A stretch of DNA of 64,000 bases from Octopus bimaculoides (GCF_001194135.2 NC_068989.1:60816824-60880823); one strand, 5' to 3'. Shown: positions 12,901 through 27,120, counted from the stretch's first letter. The notes: generated from the letters alone by a model not told the origin. Made by a program: numbers and translations.

Positions 12901-14846
12901 CTGTAGGTTTTCATTATTGTCCGAATAATTACAGCTATCGATTACTTACATGAATCATTCACCAATCGACTACTTACATAGTGACGAGAGGACAAATGCC
13001 AAGGATAAATCAATAGAGTCCTCTATAGTATATGCCGCATATATTGTACTCCTGGAACATGAATGAGGGAGTTGATTTAGATTAAATTTAAGACGAGAAC
13101 CGCGAGTGGGAAAAGCAAACTAAAACCATACAAATCCTATTTAGTTCATCATAAGAAATTTTGAAATACCTATATATATTCTATTTTCTACTTGATATTT
13201 ATATAAACATTATTTAATATATAAGGTATAGTAGAAGGACAAGAAATGGAAATCATGATATATGAATACTCATATAAAAACATATACAACAATGAAAATG
13301 GAATTTTGTTTTAGTATCTCATATATATTAAGTAATAATATTTTATTGTTTTCAATTATTGGGACGTCTTAGTTCTACAAATTCAATTGAAATAATTCAT
13401 TAGATTGTTATTTCCATTTTTAAATACTTAAGATTGTTTTGCTATCTGTATAATTCCGATCATACAAAAACATATTAAGTTTCATTTATGCTTTTTGATA
13501 CTCACTTTTAATAATGTTTTGTGGGGAGTTATTGATTATCTCTATTCTTTTACACGACTGCATAGTATTGATCCGCGGTACTTGATTCATGCACTGAAAC
13601 AAGATATTGAATATCAATACCTGCATTGTGATTGGATGGGACGGCAAGTTGATGGTGGTTGTTTTCATAAAGACATATTTGAACAGTAAACCTGCTCAAG
13701 CTTATATAGTCATTAATCTGCTGCTACCTCTCTTCCGTCTAAAGTCGTTCTGCTAGTTCAACATGATGTAATTGAACGACTGATCAAGAATTTCAAATGA
13801 AATACAACAAAGTGAAAGAGCTTGTAAATCATGATAGCTCTAACCTTCAACGTTGATTAGACGTCTGAAATTATCTAAACTTAGTGAACTCTAATTATCA
13901 CAATGATCAATCTTTGCAAACACTCATTATCGACGAGTGTTCTACTCGTGAATATAATAAACTACTTTGTCCTCGTATGGTGCTTACACAATGTTACAAC
14001 ACAGAAACTTGGGACAATAAATATTATCAACTCTTACTTAAGAGTTTGCAATAATTATTTTATTTCAACACGGGTATCACTTATCTTAAATCATTAAACA
14101 GATGACATCAGCTGATCTATAAGTTTTAACCGGTTATAACAACATTAAATGTACAAATTATAACGATGCAAAAAGTTTGTTTTTTTAATACAATATCTGG
14201 GTACACGACCTTTTAGTTCAGAATTGAGAGAAATAATATCACGTATTACAGGACACTTGCTTTATTATTCACTAATTCCACGCATATCATTTTTCTTGAT
14301 ATCAAATATTTCGAACGAAATATCAAATGGGAGAGAATCGATATTTATTCCGAAAACTGATACATGCTTTACTTCAGAAGATTACCGTTGATTGCTAAAC
14401 GGTTACATTGAATAACATTCTCGTAATTAGATTTCGTTACTATGATATTCTATAAACTTTTTCAATTAACATATTGTACTCTTCTCGTTTCGATTCTGCA
14501 ATGAGTGAATTGATCTTGGAACGCCTTCGCTGTTTATGTATTCCCTGAATATCTTTTATTCAATATTAGGTGTGTTGACATTTGCCAGGCACCTCAGAAA
14601 TCCGTACCTGTTTGTGAGATGTGAAATTCTGCTAATACGATGAAGCAGCATATATTCAGTTTTATGATTCTAACTGTTAAATCATTCCTAACTTTAAGAG
14701 TTTAACATCTTTAATATTAGTGGAGAGTGATGGGACTGATGGGTAATATCTATATTTTCGGTTTGAGCTTTTGAATGCAAATTAAGAGAGGACAACGATA
14801 AATATAGTTCCCTAGAGCACTGTAGTAGCTCTACAACATAAAGAGG

Positions 14847-14948
<102 letters not shown>

Positions 14949-16389
14949 AGTGTATGATAATAACATTTCATAATAAAGAAAACCTAATTCTGAAAATGGT
15001 ATACAGTGTAATTAAAAATCATTTAGCAATTAAGGATGATCATTATTAAATATCGACCCAGATATTTGATTAAATAATATTAGTTTTGCTGGATGGTAGG
15101 CAAAGTGGTTGATTATTATACAAAATGTACTCTAATGTACTCGGAGATAAAACAGCGTGTGCCCTGAGATTAAGAATTATCGCTTGCTTCCATTATAATT
15201 TGCATTTTTACAAATCGGTAGCAGTATTAAAACTGAAATGTTACTGGATTACGTTTCTTTGAGTATCGTTTTCAAATCTTAACGGAATGTTTAGTACTTT
15301 TTAGCAGTCCATGATCTCTCAAATTATTAATGATACATTAAAAACAAAAAACAGCAGCTCCATATGTTACTCGTTACACACTAGTATCAGTAATTCTCCT
15401 TAGAACGAAATCCATATTCGTTAAATAATGTATTGAAATGTGTTTTTGATATAATTTAATATGCCTTAATATTATTTCATGTTGTCATTCATAGATTAAG
15501 TATAAATCAGTTGTCGGAAATGTCCTTCCTGACAAATATCGTTTATATCTTTGAAGCTAATTTAATTCATGTTTTTATCCATTTGTCAACGCACTTCTAT
15601 ACAAGATAATCTAATAACGTGTCACAAATCGTAAAAGCATTTTAAAATGTCACCCAACATATTAAATATAATTGTTTTCTGTTAAATCTTAGAGATCTCC
15701 GTAGATTTTTTCAGTTGTATCGGTCATAAAATGAATTTCATTTTAATATGTTTAAAACACGTGTCGATTTCACATACTTCGTATTACTACTTAGATGGCA
15801 CATACAGCTGAGAGAAACTTCACAAAATTCAATGCCCTAAAATATCTAATAATGAAGAATGCGGTGACAGTATAGGTATTTGAAACTTTGAAGTAAATTA
15901 TCACAAAAAAAAAAAAAAAAAATTAATGAGTATTTGAGAGACTAAAATAATGTACCTATGAGTATTGTGAGCGTGGGTCCTCCGTGCGTTAAAGTAATTG
16001 AAATATAGCAGACCGGCCAAATGGAAATGTATTTTAATTTCATTTCATGTGTTGATTTTTAAACATTAGAGTTAGTATTATTTTAATCTCTTCTTGCGTA
16101 ATAAAAAGTGTCAGTAATGTAGATCATGACTTCATCAGCTACTTTCATGTACACAACAAATATTTGGTTTAGGATATCCTTACTTTTGAGCAAAAGCATT
16201 AGTTATAGGGTTCAGTCGACGAATATGTGTTCTAACACAGGTGGCAAAATAGCGTGCAACGGTAGAACAGAACGCATATCGCAAGCGGCATCATGCAAAA
16301 TTTACATTGTTGGTGCTTGTTGTATTCTTCATTGATATGCATCAATTAAAGTAATTAAAATACCCTAAAGACAATCAAATAAAACGCAA

Positions 16390-16442
<53 letters not shown>

Positions 16443-16874
16443 TGTGTGTGTNNNNNNNNNNNNNNNNNNNNNNNNNNNNNNNNNNNNNNNNNNNNNNNNN
16501 NNNNNNNNNNNNNNNNNNNNNNNNNNNNNNNNNNNNNNNNNNNNNNNNNNNNNNNNNNNNNNNNNNNNNNNNNNNNNNNNNNNNNNNNNNNNNNNNNNNN
16601 NNNNNNNNNNNNNNNNNNNNNNNNNNNNNNNNNNNNNNNNNNNNNNNNNNNNNNNNNNNNNNNNNNNNNNNNNNNNNNNNNNNNNNNNNNNNNNNNNNNN
16701 NNNNNNNNNNNNNNNNNNNNNNNNNNNNNNNNNNNNNNNNNNNNNNNNNNNNNNNNNNNNNNNNNNNNNNNNNNNNNNNNNNNNNNNNNNNNNNNNNNNN
16801 NNNNNNNNNNNNNNNNNNNNNNNNNNNNNNNNNNNNNNNNNNNNNNNNNNNNNNNNNNNNNNNNNNNNNNNTAT

Positions 16875-17573
16875 ATAATTACCTACCACCCAAAGGAAGG
16901 AATAAAACACTAGACGACTTCTGCAACCGTATCCAGCATTTTCCTCGCACTGTCTATAAACCAAACATTGTAACTAACCTCAACAGCATACAATGGAAGC
17001 ACCTACTACAGCTAAAAAATGACAAAGACCTGACAATCAAAGCAGACAAAGGTAGTGCTGTAGTTGCGATGGACACAAAATACTATAAAACCCTAGCATT
17101 GTCCATATTAGAAAATAACTCCTTTTACGAAAAATTTGCAAATTATAGTCAGCCGAAAAATCCTTAAAAATCTTGCAACTTTAATACTCAAACATGGAAA
17201 AGGCCTGACAGAAAAAGAAAAAGACTACATCACAAACTTCAAATGTAAACCAACACTTTTCTATGGCTTCTCCAAAATCCACAAGTGTCAAATAATTACT
17301 AATGCCTACAAATCAAATGCAGGTCTATATATAAATATCCCAACACCATAAGACTTAACATTAAGGCCTATTATTGCTAACCAGTCTGTGAAACACACCG
17401 CCAAAACAACTTTCTGGACATACTTTTGAAACCTTTCCTCAGATACTTTAAAAGTTTCATTAGAGATGATCTGGACATGCTAGAGCATCTACCAAAACCA
17501 CCAACGAAGAAGAACTATTAGCCTCCTTCGATGCCATCAATATCAACCTCTACACTAACATTCAACATGACTA
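16875..17573 (+). mobile_element. Penelope-like retroelement RT fragment (pseudogenised)
   Basis: TIKADKGSAVVAMDTKYY (cf. KPADKG..VVMD), TLFYGFSKIHK (cf. FYGLPKIHK), LRPIIA, FLDILLKPFL, SFIRDDLDML, LASFDA..LYTNI. Frameshifts; 5' end lost in a gap. Confidence 0.9.
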
Positions 17574-18694
17574 TGTATAATTTGTTTCTATAAAATATTT
17601 TAATTGAACCGAATTTATAATTGTTTAGCTTATTACTTTGTTTTCCATTTCTTGTATATATATGCACTCAAACAGACGCATGCACTCAGATATATATTTA
17701 TGAAACGAGCTTTCGTTAAATTCCTGACAAATGAATCGGCTCATAATAAAAAGCGAATTTAAAACGAGCATTTTTATTGGAGGTCAGGAATATGTGTTCT
17801 AGAGATTACTTTCCTTGCAATGCTGCCATACTTACGCCATTTCTGTTTTTTTTCATAGATTTTTGCAAATCTATTAAATTATACCCTTTTAATGATTTTA
17901 CTTTAAGTATACGTTTTTCCTTTCTCCCAAAAAGTTGTTTATAATATAATACCGAACTTTCAAAGACACTTCGTAAAAATTCAAAATTACCATGGCATTA
18001 GTAAATACAACATTAAGATATTATACAGCGACATTTTGCTATTGGAAGAGCAATTACAATTTTTTGTAGGTTAGCTATGTTCTACAGGCCTGTACTTCTA
18101 ATATACCTCATTAGATGCTGTACAATTCTGATGAAAAACATATATATGTATGTCTGGTATTATAGCTCGTTATTGATTAATAATATTGCGGAGATGTTCT
18201 ACAAAATGTTGGAAGATAAATCAAGGGGAGATCATGAAAAAAAAAACCCAGCTGTTCGCACCTACACATGAAAGCTACATACACAAAAACACATACACAC
18301 ATAAACATATGTATGTATGCATGTATGTATGTATGTATGTATGTATATATATANNNNNNNNNNNNNNNNNNNNNNNNNNNNNNNNNNNNNNNNNNNNNNN
18401 NNNNNNNNNNNNNNNNNNNNNNNNNNNNNNNNNNNNNNNNNNNNNNNNNNNNNNNNNNNNNNNNNNNNNNNNNNNNNNNNNNNNNNNNNNNNNNNNNNNN
18501 NNNNNNNNNNNNNNNNNNNNNNNNNNNNNNNNNNNNNNNNNNNNNNNNNNNNNNNNNNNNNNNNNNNNNNNNNNNNNNNNNNNNNNNNNNNNNNNNNNNN
18601 NNNNNNNNNNNNNNNNNNNNNNNNNNNNNNNNNNNNNNNNNNNNNNNNNNNNNNNNNNNNNNNNNNNNNNNNNNTCATATATACATACACAAAC

Positions 18695-18779
<85 letters not shown>

Positions 18780-18994
18780 GTGTGTGTGTATGTATGTCTA
18801 TATACATATATGTGATTCCAGACACCTTCGAACTACGCACACAGAGGCGCCGTACATATGTGTATGTACGTACATAATCTGCAATATTGGTAAATTATAT
18901 TATTTTTCTCATGAAATATTTTCTGCTCTTGTAGTAAAATAGTCGTAGTCTTTCATTCGTAGGCCATCCTCTTTAAATATCCTGAAGAGTATAA

Positions 18995-19264
18995 GTGCAG
19001 GCGTGGCTTTGATGTAAGAAGCTTGCTTCCGAACCACATGGTTCCGAATTCAGTCACATTGTATGGCACCTTGGGCAAGTGTCTTCTGCTAAAGCAGAAC
19101 CAATATTGGTTTGTTTACGTGCCCGTAATCCAGCGGTTCGGCAAAAGACAACGATAGAATAAGTACTACGCATACAAAGAATAAGTTATGGGGTCGATTT
19201 GTTGGACTAAAAGTGATGCTCCAACATGGCCACAGTCAAATGACTGAAAGAAGTAAAAGAAAAG
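18995..19264 (+). mobile_element. SINE family C (tRNA head, CORE-like GGCACCTTGGGCAAGTG), internally deleted
   Basis: Homology to copies at 27121, 36291-37030 and 48545; ends AAGTAAAAGA. Confidence 0.85.
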
Positions 19265-19620
19265 TATACAGACTTGTATTCAGCTCAAGGGTTACCGTTT
19301 TAACATCGTTTTCGAGATTGAGAGCGAATAGCAGAAAGTCCTCGACTCTCTTACGGATTTCAAAAGTGGCATGGATGCTAAGACCGGTGTAGTTTTGCAC
19401 AAGGTGACTATATCGAAAGAAATGATGTTAAAACTTAGGAAAATGAGTTATGTTTTATTAAAAATGACTAGTCCGGGAACATTTTGATATCATCTCCTAT
19501 ACACACTCACTCTCTCTCACACACACACAAACACACGGACACACACACATGCACACGCGACCAGACACACCCACACACAGACACGTATATATATCAATGA
19601 AACATATGAACATACACATA

Positions 19621-20942
19621 CATGGAAAAATGCGAGCAAGAGAAATAATATTCTTAAGATTTTAAACCTGGAAAATTACAGGACAATTTATTACACTTGG
19701 AAAAGTTCAGGACAACGTATTATATGTGGTAAATGAGTGCTCAAAATAGTTTTACTTGAAATATTGCTGCTAAGGATAAAATTTGAATATTAAATGTTAT
19801 TTAATTTTAATTCACAAAGCAACATTATAATTAAAAACTATGCCCTCATTTTGTTAAAATATTGACACACTAGAATACTTGAAAAAATGAGTATCAGAAG
19901 TACCAATATAGCTAAAGTTTTATGGAAAGCAGAATAGTATATATGGTAGGCAAATTCATTATGGACAAAATAAGAATTGGGTCAAGATTAAAAATGTGAA
20001 GACTTGGAAATAACACTAGCAAATTGTTACTATGAATTTGTTGTTTTAGCTAGATTTTACTGTAATATATAACCGCCAGAACGTCTTGTTGACAAACCAC
20101 AGCAGTAATTGTTTTCACCTCAATAGACATCATTGATTGTTTGAAATTACCGAAATACGACAACTTTAGCACGAAATAACTTCGAAAATGAAGAATTTTC
20201 TTAAAAACGCCAAGAGTAAATGATGTTTTAAATTACACATTCTACCAGTATACGAAAGCTGAAAGTGTTTAGTTACAAAAAATTATTTTTTCTATGTGCC
20301 GGCCAAAAGGAAAAGATCCTATAACTAATTTTTGAATTAGTCTAATTATTGTACTAACTAATTATGTACTACTATCATTGTTTATAACCTATTTTCAAAT
20401 TTCTAATTATTAATTTAAAAACACACAAAAAACCGTTACATTCACTTCAACATTTAAATTGAATTTGTGTCAAAATATTTTCGTCGCTTTGAAACTGCGA
20501 CCTCTTCACAGACAAAATTTCGTGCAGCACGAAGTTTTCTCAGTGAAGAGGTCGCGGTTTCAAAGCGACGAAAATATTTTGACACAAATTAAATTTAAAT
20601 GTTGAAGTGAATCTAATTATTAATTGATAATTAACAAAATAATTTTTTTTGAAGTGCAAAAAATATTTTTATTGAATTACTTTTTGCTTTTATTAGAAGT
20701 AACAAGTAATAACACACAGAAGTAATAACTTGTAATGTTTTAATAAAAGCTAATATTTTCTAAATCTAAACATTTTATTTGCAATGTTATCCTTAGCTGC
20801 AATATTTTAAATAAAGATTTTCTTCTGTACTTTACCAGATATAATAACCTGTCCCGAACATTTCCAAGTGTAATAACTTGTCCTGTAATTTTCCAGGTTT
20901 ATAATTTAGGAATAATATTTCTCTTGCTCGCATTTTTCCATG
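19621..20942. mobile_element. Non-autonomous TA-flanked element with long (about 180 bp) imperfect TIRs
   Basis: First 27 bp CATGGAAAAATGCGAGCAAGAGAAATA are an exact inverted match to 20916-20942. Homology continues to about 19800/20765. TA at 19619-20 and 20943-44. Confidence 0.8.
20440..20612. repeat. 173-bp near-perfect palindrome
   Basis: 86-bp arms around a single A at 20526; 5 mismatches counted. Confidence 0.93.
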
Positions 20943-21549
20943 TAATAAAAATATGTGTGGCATGTTCTCCGTACAATAAATTATTAGTAGCACACAAAAA
21001 CGTATTGTGTCTATTACATGATATTTCTCTCTCACCAGATGGATTATTTTTTGCTGATCTTGCGGTAACGGAACATTGCATTATATATATANNNNNNNNN
21101 NNNNNNNNNNNNNNNNNNNNNNNNNNNNNNNNNNNNNNNNNNNNNNNNNNNNNNNNNNNNNNNNNNNNNNNNNNNNNNNNNNNNNNNNNNNNNNNNNNNN
21201 NNNNNNNNNNNNNNNNNNNNNNNNNNNNNNNNNNNNNNNNNNNNNNNNNNNNNNNNNNNNNNNNNNNNNNNNNNNNNNNNNNNNNNNNNNNNNNNNNNNN
21301 NNNNNNNNNNNNNNNNNNNNNNNNNNNNNNNNNNNNNNNNNNNNNNNNNNNNNNNNNNNNNNNNNNNNNNNNNNNNNNNNNNNNNNNNNNNNNNNNNNNN
21401 NNNNNNNNNNNNNNNNNNNNNNNNNNNNNNNNNNNNNNNNNNNNNNNNNNNNNNNNNNNNNNNNNNNNNNNNNNNNNNNNNNNNNNNNNNNNNNNNNNNN
21501 NNNNNNNNNNNNNNNNNNNNNNNNNNNNNNNNNNNNNNNNNNNNNNNNN

Positions 21550-21597
<48 letters not shown>

Positions 21598-21925
21598 TTG
21601 GCACTCCGTCGCTTACGACGACGAGGATTCCAGCTGATCCGACTCCGACAGCGGAACATCCTGCTCGTGAAATTAAAGTGCATGTGGCTGAGCACTCCAT
21701 AGGCACGTGTACCCTTAAGGTAGTTCTGAGGGAGATTCAGTGTGACAGAGAATATGACAAGGCTGATCCCTTTGAAAGGCAGCTACTACTCATTTTCTGC
21801 CAGCTCAGTGGACTAGGGCAACGTGAAATAAAGTGTCTTGCTCAAGGCCACAACGCGTCGTTGGGAATTGAGCTCAAACCTTATCATTATGAACCGAATA
21901 CCGTAGCCATTAAACCACGTGCCTT
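21598..21925 (-). mobile_element. Chimeric SINE: different tRNA/CORE-like head on the family A 3' half
   Basis: 21598-21785 matches the family A tail. 21786-21925 reads GGCACGTGGTTTAATGG...GCCTTGAGCAAGACACTTTATTTCACG on the minus strand, unlike the family A head. Confidence 0.8.
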
Positions 21926-22659
21926 GACACAAATACACACACCTACGTGCACGCACATACCCACAGACAGACAGGCACACACATACGCACATATATACAA
22001 ATTATGTTCATGTCAATATATATTAATATATGTATGAAATATATATGTGGTTTTTCAAAATTAATATTGAAGACGATATTTTTTCTAGCCAGCTTCAGGT
22101 CACTAATTTATTTTATGTATTCATGAAGTGATAATGATGGAGAGGCAAGGAGAATATTTTGGTCTACATTGATAGGAACGTATTTGAATATTTGAAAGAA
22201 ATAATTTTTAGGTTCTATTGATTTATAGTTGTGAAGCAATTTCTTTCGTGGTGCCTGTGTTTTCTTGCCTGTTGTTAAATGTACAATAACGGGAATACTC
22301 CTTTAACACTCATTACTAAATGTTTGTGTGAACATTCTAGGTCGACGAGCCTACTTAGTGTAATGACAATTATTTCGATCACATTCAACACTTGTACCTG
22401 GCACGGATTCATTTGATAAGTTGTTCGTGTCTGTTATTGTTTATCAATAAAATATGCACTATAACATCTTTTGAAGCCCGAACTGGATATATTCTTTAGT
22501 TTCAAACTGAAACCAAAAACAATTATGCATATCACACACATGGCGGCATATTTTATATATTAGATGTACAGTTTATGCATATCTTCCCAGTTCTTGATTC
22601 ATGTTAACCTTAAAAAGTGCCTCCAATATATTTTAGCTGTATTGCTAAGACATAACAAA

Positions 22660-22866
22660 TATTGGTTCCAAATTTTGGTACAAGGCCAGCAATTTCGGGT
22701 AAATGGGAAGGATCGACGTAGTACTTAATTGATAATTACTTCATCAAACCTGAAAGAATAGAAGGCATAGTCGACCTCGGCGGAATATGAACTCAGTGTA
22801 TAAGGACGGACGATATGCCGCTAAGCATCGTGCCCGACATTGTTACAAATCTGCCAGTTTGTCGCC
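22660..22866 (-). mobile_element. SINE family B
   Basis: Reverse-complement similarity to 25467-25680. Confidence 0.8.
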
Positions 22867-22933
22867 TTAGGCATAGCAAATATTAAATACTCGTAATTAC
22901 TTACGTTTTAATCATAAATACATAAACTTCGGT

Positions 22934-23278
22934 GGAGGTGCAATGGCCCAGTGGTTAGGGCAGCGGACTCGCGGTCATAGGATGTTTATTGAGCGAAAAC
23001 ACCTCAAGCTCCACGAGGCTCCGGAAGGGAATGGTGGAGAACCCTGCTGTACTCTTTTACCACAACTTTCTCTGACTCTTACTTCCTGTTTCTGTTGTGC
23101 CTGTAACTCAAAGGGTCAGCCTTGTCACGCTGAATATCCCCGAGAACTACGTTAAGGGTACACGTGTCTGTGGAGTGCTCAGCCACTTGCACGTTAATTT
23201 CATGAGCAGGCTGTTCCGTCGATCGGATCAACTGGAACCCTCGACGTCGTAAGCGACGGAGTGCCAACAACAGTAACA
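22934..23278 (+). mobile_element. tRNA-derived SINE family A
   Basis: A-box-like TGGCCCAGTGGTTAG, no B-box, (AAC) tail. Possible TSD ACATAAACTTC/ACATAACCTTC. Confidence 0.9.
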
Positions 23279-25466
23279 ACATAACCTTCACAGTATACGT
23301 TCTAATACTCAGCTTTCTAATAGACATTTTTCACTTCATTTAATTTCAATTCTTATTAAATATATATTTCTGCTACTTAGATACTATTTTATTGTTCACT
23401 ATCTCATAATAGTATCTAAAAAATGACACCTTTCGATGTCCTCCGTTTTTTTTCGTCCTCCTCCTCCGCCTCAGCCTCTTCGTCATTGTTATTGTCATGT
23501 CTTCACCGTCAAGTTTGTCACCATTGTTTCCATGCGGTCTAGTTTCAAATATTAGTCATCTAAAAGAAATTCTCATATGAAAGGAGATAATATTTGTTAG
23601 TTCTCACTCAGGAATTCCTACAATTGAAGCTGATGGCGTACGTTAACATAATCTATCAGAACTAAATTGAATTTTATGAACTGATCAGTTTGTACGTTAT
23701 TAAAAAAGACAGATATATTTATTCTACATCGGTCCAAGAAAGATTTCGATATGGATTTATATTATAATTTGCAATTACTGAATCTGTGATAGTAAATCTC
23801 GACCATTTTAAACATCCACAAATTTATTAAGACAGCTGTCCCAGAAATTCCACTGTATCCATGTATCTTCCATGCAATATAATCATTTATTTATACAATA
23901 TGATACTGAAGCAGCCTTCTGCAAGTTCAAATATTATATTAAAAAGAAAAATCAGAAAAAAGTCATTTACTTCCTTAAGTACAAATATAAAATATTTTAT
24001 CGTAGAAAAGAATGGATTTGTCTTAGTTCTTCACTTTCTTGCAGACATTATTGGATCATATAGAAATCGCATTGTGAATTTGCCGTGTGCCATTTGCCGG
24101 CTTTCGGGAAAAATATTGACTTGCTGCATCGAGTTGAAGAGGATTCCATTTTATGATGTAGAGAAAAATAAGGCTAAGTTGCTCACAGATTTCCACCAAA
24201 GACTATTATTAGTGCCCATATTCAAATTGTGTTCCTGATGTACATTTAAATTTCAAATGTAAAATATTTCGTTCATACCGAAATGTTATGTTGATTGAGT
24301 AGATTTATGGTAAATGATATTCAATCTAAGAACACCTTTTCTTTTTAGAGTATATGTGTACCGTAGTCTATATTGCTGAACGTATCCTTTCTTAAAACAA
24401 TACTGTGTGAGTTGAAAGTGAGTTTAGCCTGCCTAGATGGTCTCCTATTGAATAGGTAGAATAGATTAAAATATACATCAACAAGGATGATTTTGCCAAT
24501 GCAGAAAACAATAGTAATAATTCAGCTTGCTGAAATGAGACTAAATAAGAAGTCATTGGAAAATATTTCTTTCGTCTCTTACTTTCCTGAGATTTGGAAT
24601 ATGCTTGAGAGAATAAACATAAATGCTTTCTTGGCGTTATTGCGTTCTTTTGAATTCATACACTTGGTTTCGCTATTCTAAACTGAAACTGAGTATTTCC
24701 CTTGCTTAACAAATATGCTATTTACAAAAGAAAACTATACACACATTCATAGAATGTAATATTTGAAAAGTATAAGGATTGGTTCTCATTATCATAACTC
24801 TCTATCCACAAAACCTGGGTCACTCGTGGCCTGTGACAAAAGCAACTACATTTAGCACAAAACGTCTTTCCCACAAATAGTAGCACAACCGATCACCGTG
24901 CAAGGGCAAATATGAAAAAAAAACTATGTAACTACCACTAAAATACAATATCATCCATTTACTTGAATTAGTATAGACAAGGGATTTTGCTTTCCTCTTC
25001 GACTTGTAGGCATGTGTCATGCAAGTATTTGATCTAAGTAAGACATGCCATGTTTAAAAGATACACCATCTTTCTGAGTAGTTGAGGTCCGACTGTATTA
25101 TACAACACTCCGACACAGTGTTATGAATCATTAAGAGAAATAGAAGGGTCTGAGAATTACACACTGTTCCGAGTAAATATTCTGTTTTTGGTACATAGGT
25201 ATCTGTTGTAGTTTAATCATGGGGTTTTTCGTGTTTGGTCTGACGTACGATCAAAAGAGATCAAACTATGACCATCCCTTTAGTTGCATCATGATATTTA
25301 AATATATATATATATTATGCTTTGAGCGAGATTTGGTTGCAGTTTCTAGCTAGTCAAGTGATCGACCGTATACAGGCGCACTTGATTACGTGCAGAGTCA
25401 AACAGGATGGCTAAAATGAAGCCTAGAAAGGAGGTACATGTTGGTGCAATGATTCAATCAATATAA

Positions 25467-25680
25467 GGCGGCGATCTGGCAGAAATGTTAGCAAGCTGGG
25501 CGAAATGCGTAGCGGTATTTCGTCTGTCTTTACGTTCTGAGTTCAAATTCCACAGAGATTGATTTTGCCTTTCATCCTTTTGGGGTCGATAAATTAAGTA
25601 TCAGTTGCGTACTGGGGTCGATCTAATTGACTGGCCCCCTCCCCCAAAATTTCAGACCTTGTGCCTAGAGTAGAAAAGAA
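25467..25680 (+). mobile_element. SINE family B, best copy in window
   Basis: GGCGGCGATCTGGCAGAA head, B-box-like GAGTTCAAATTCC, central GCCTTTCATCCTTTTGGGGTCGATAAATTAAGTA. Confidence 0.88.
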
Positions 25681-26745
25681 TATATATAGAAAAATACGCA
25701 CAGATATACACACGCATACATACATGAATATATATATTGAAAGTTGTTATCTATATGTGCCAGCGTGTTTGTATGTTCTTGCGTGCATCTGTGAAACAGC
25801 TATTTATTTCTAACAGCCCCATTTACATAGATATGCTTTGTATAAATAATGCTCTGTTATTCACATTTATCGTACCTTAATGCTTTTCATTCTGGCATTA
25901 AGGATGTCTCTGAGGTAACTACTGCAACAAACTTCAATGTAGTATCACATTATAACTGGTCATAATGGTACTATTCGTTAGTAAATAGTAATGATGAATG
26001 GATGTCAAAATTCTATCGAATAACACAGATGATAACATTTTAAACATTTTTGCTTCTGTCGCAATTTCATGGCGTTGTATTATTTGATTTTATAAGTTCG
26101 AATATAACCAAGAGCATGTAACTCGAGTATACTTTTCTTTTGAGAAATATATCTCACGTGTAAGGAAATATTACTGAAATTGCAGTGTTGTGGCTTGAAT
26201 AGGTTGAGAAATGTAGAACTCAAAATCAATTACACAAATGACGATGGTATTGCATTGAAATGTTATCGATTCTAACTGCCGATCTCTAAATCGTTGTGCA
26301 CCCTGCAACCTACCGAAGAATACAGTATAATATACCCATTCATTCCATTATAACCTGTATCTCTTATCATGAACTTATTATTTAAATGATGTGTTATTAA
26401 CCACTGTAAGTAGTAAGCTCATGGTTTGTTGGTTCTCAATACTAAAAGATGAGTATTTCAACTACAGATCACTTCAACAAACTTGGCTACCTGCCTGACT
26501 ACATGCACGCACTCACACACACGCACGCGCACGCACACACACACACACACACACACATGCGTGAGTTTGTGTCTGTGTGTGTATGTGCGTGTGTGTGTGC
26601 GTGTGTGTACATGTGTGTGTGTGTGTATGTGTGTGTGTGTGTGTTTGTGTGTGGTTCCTCTTGTAAGTTCTAGCGAATCTCCACAAGAGGGAGAACAAAC
26701 AGCTGGAAAATGTATCTCTATTACAATTCCATCGATTAAAAGCAG

Positions 26746-26853
<108 letters not shown>

Positions 26854-27120
26854 AGCAGTAATAGCCGTCATTGATCGGGTAATTACTTTTACTCATTCGC
26901 AGGATCAGCATTTAAAGTGTTATTATATATATGTATTATATATATACTCCTCCTGTATGCGTGTATTTTATAGAAGAAAAATAAAAAAGAACATGTAGTA
27001 GTTGAAGTCGAAAATAGATCGATTCCGGGCACAAACTATTGTTTGTTTATTATATGAAAATAATAAGCAAGTTGTATGTGTTATTTTATATATGAATACA
27101 GTAATGGCAATTATATAATA

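Noticed and set aside
13480-14390. GPCR-like fragments on minus strand (LAINGNLL, KVVYP, IINNSP)
   Set aside because: TM1-to-TM3 spacing is about 25 residues too short; likely chance in AT-rich DNA.
23600-24238. In-frame DRY and YLPCNIIIYLY in ORF 23861-24238
   Set aside because: DRY to TM5 proline is 53 codons versus about 80 expected, and no credible TM7.
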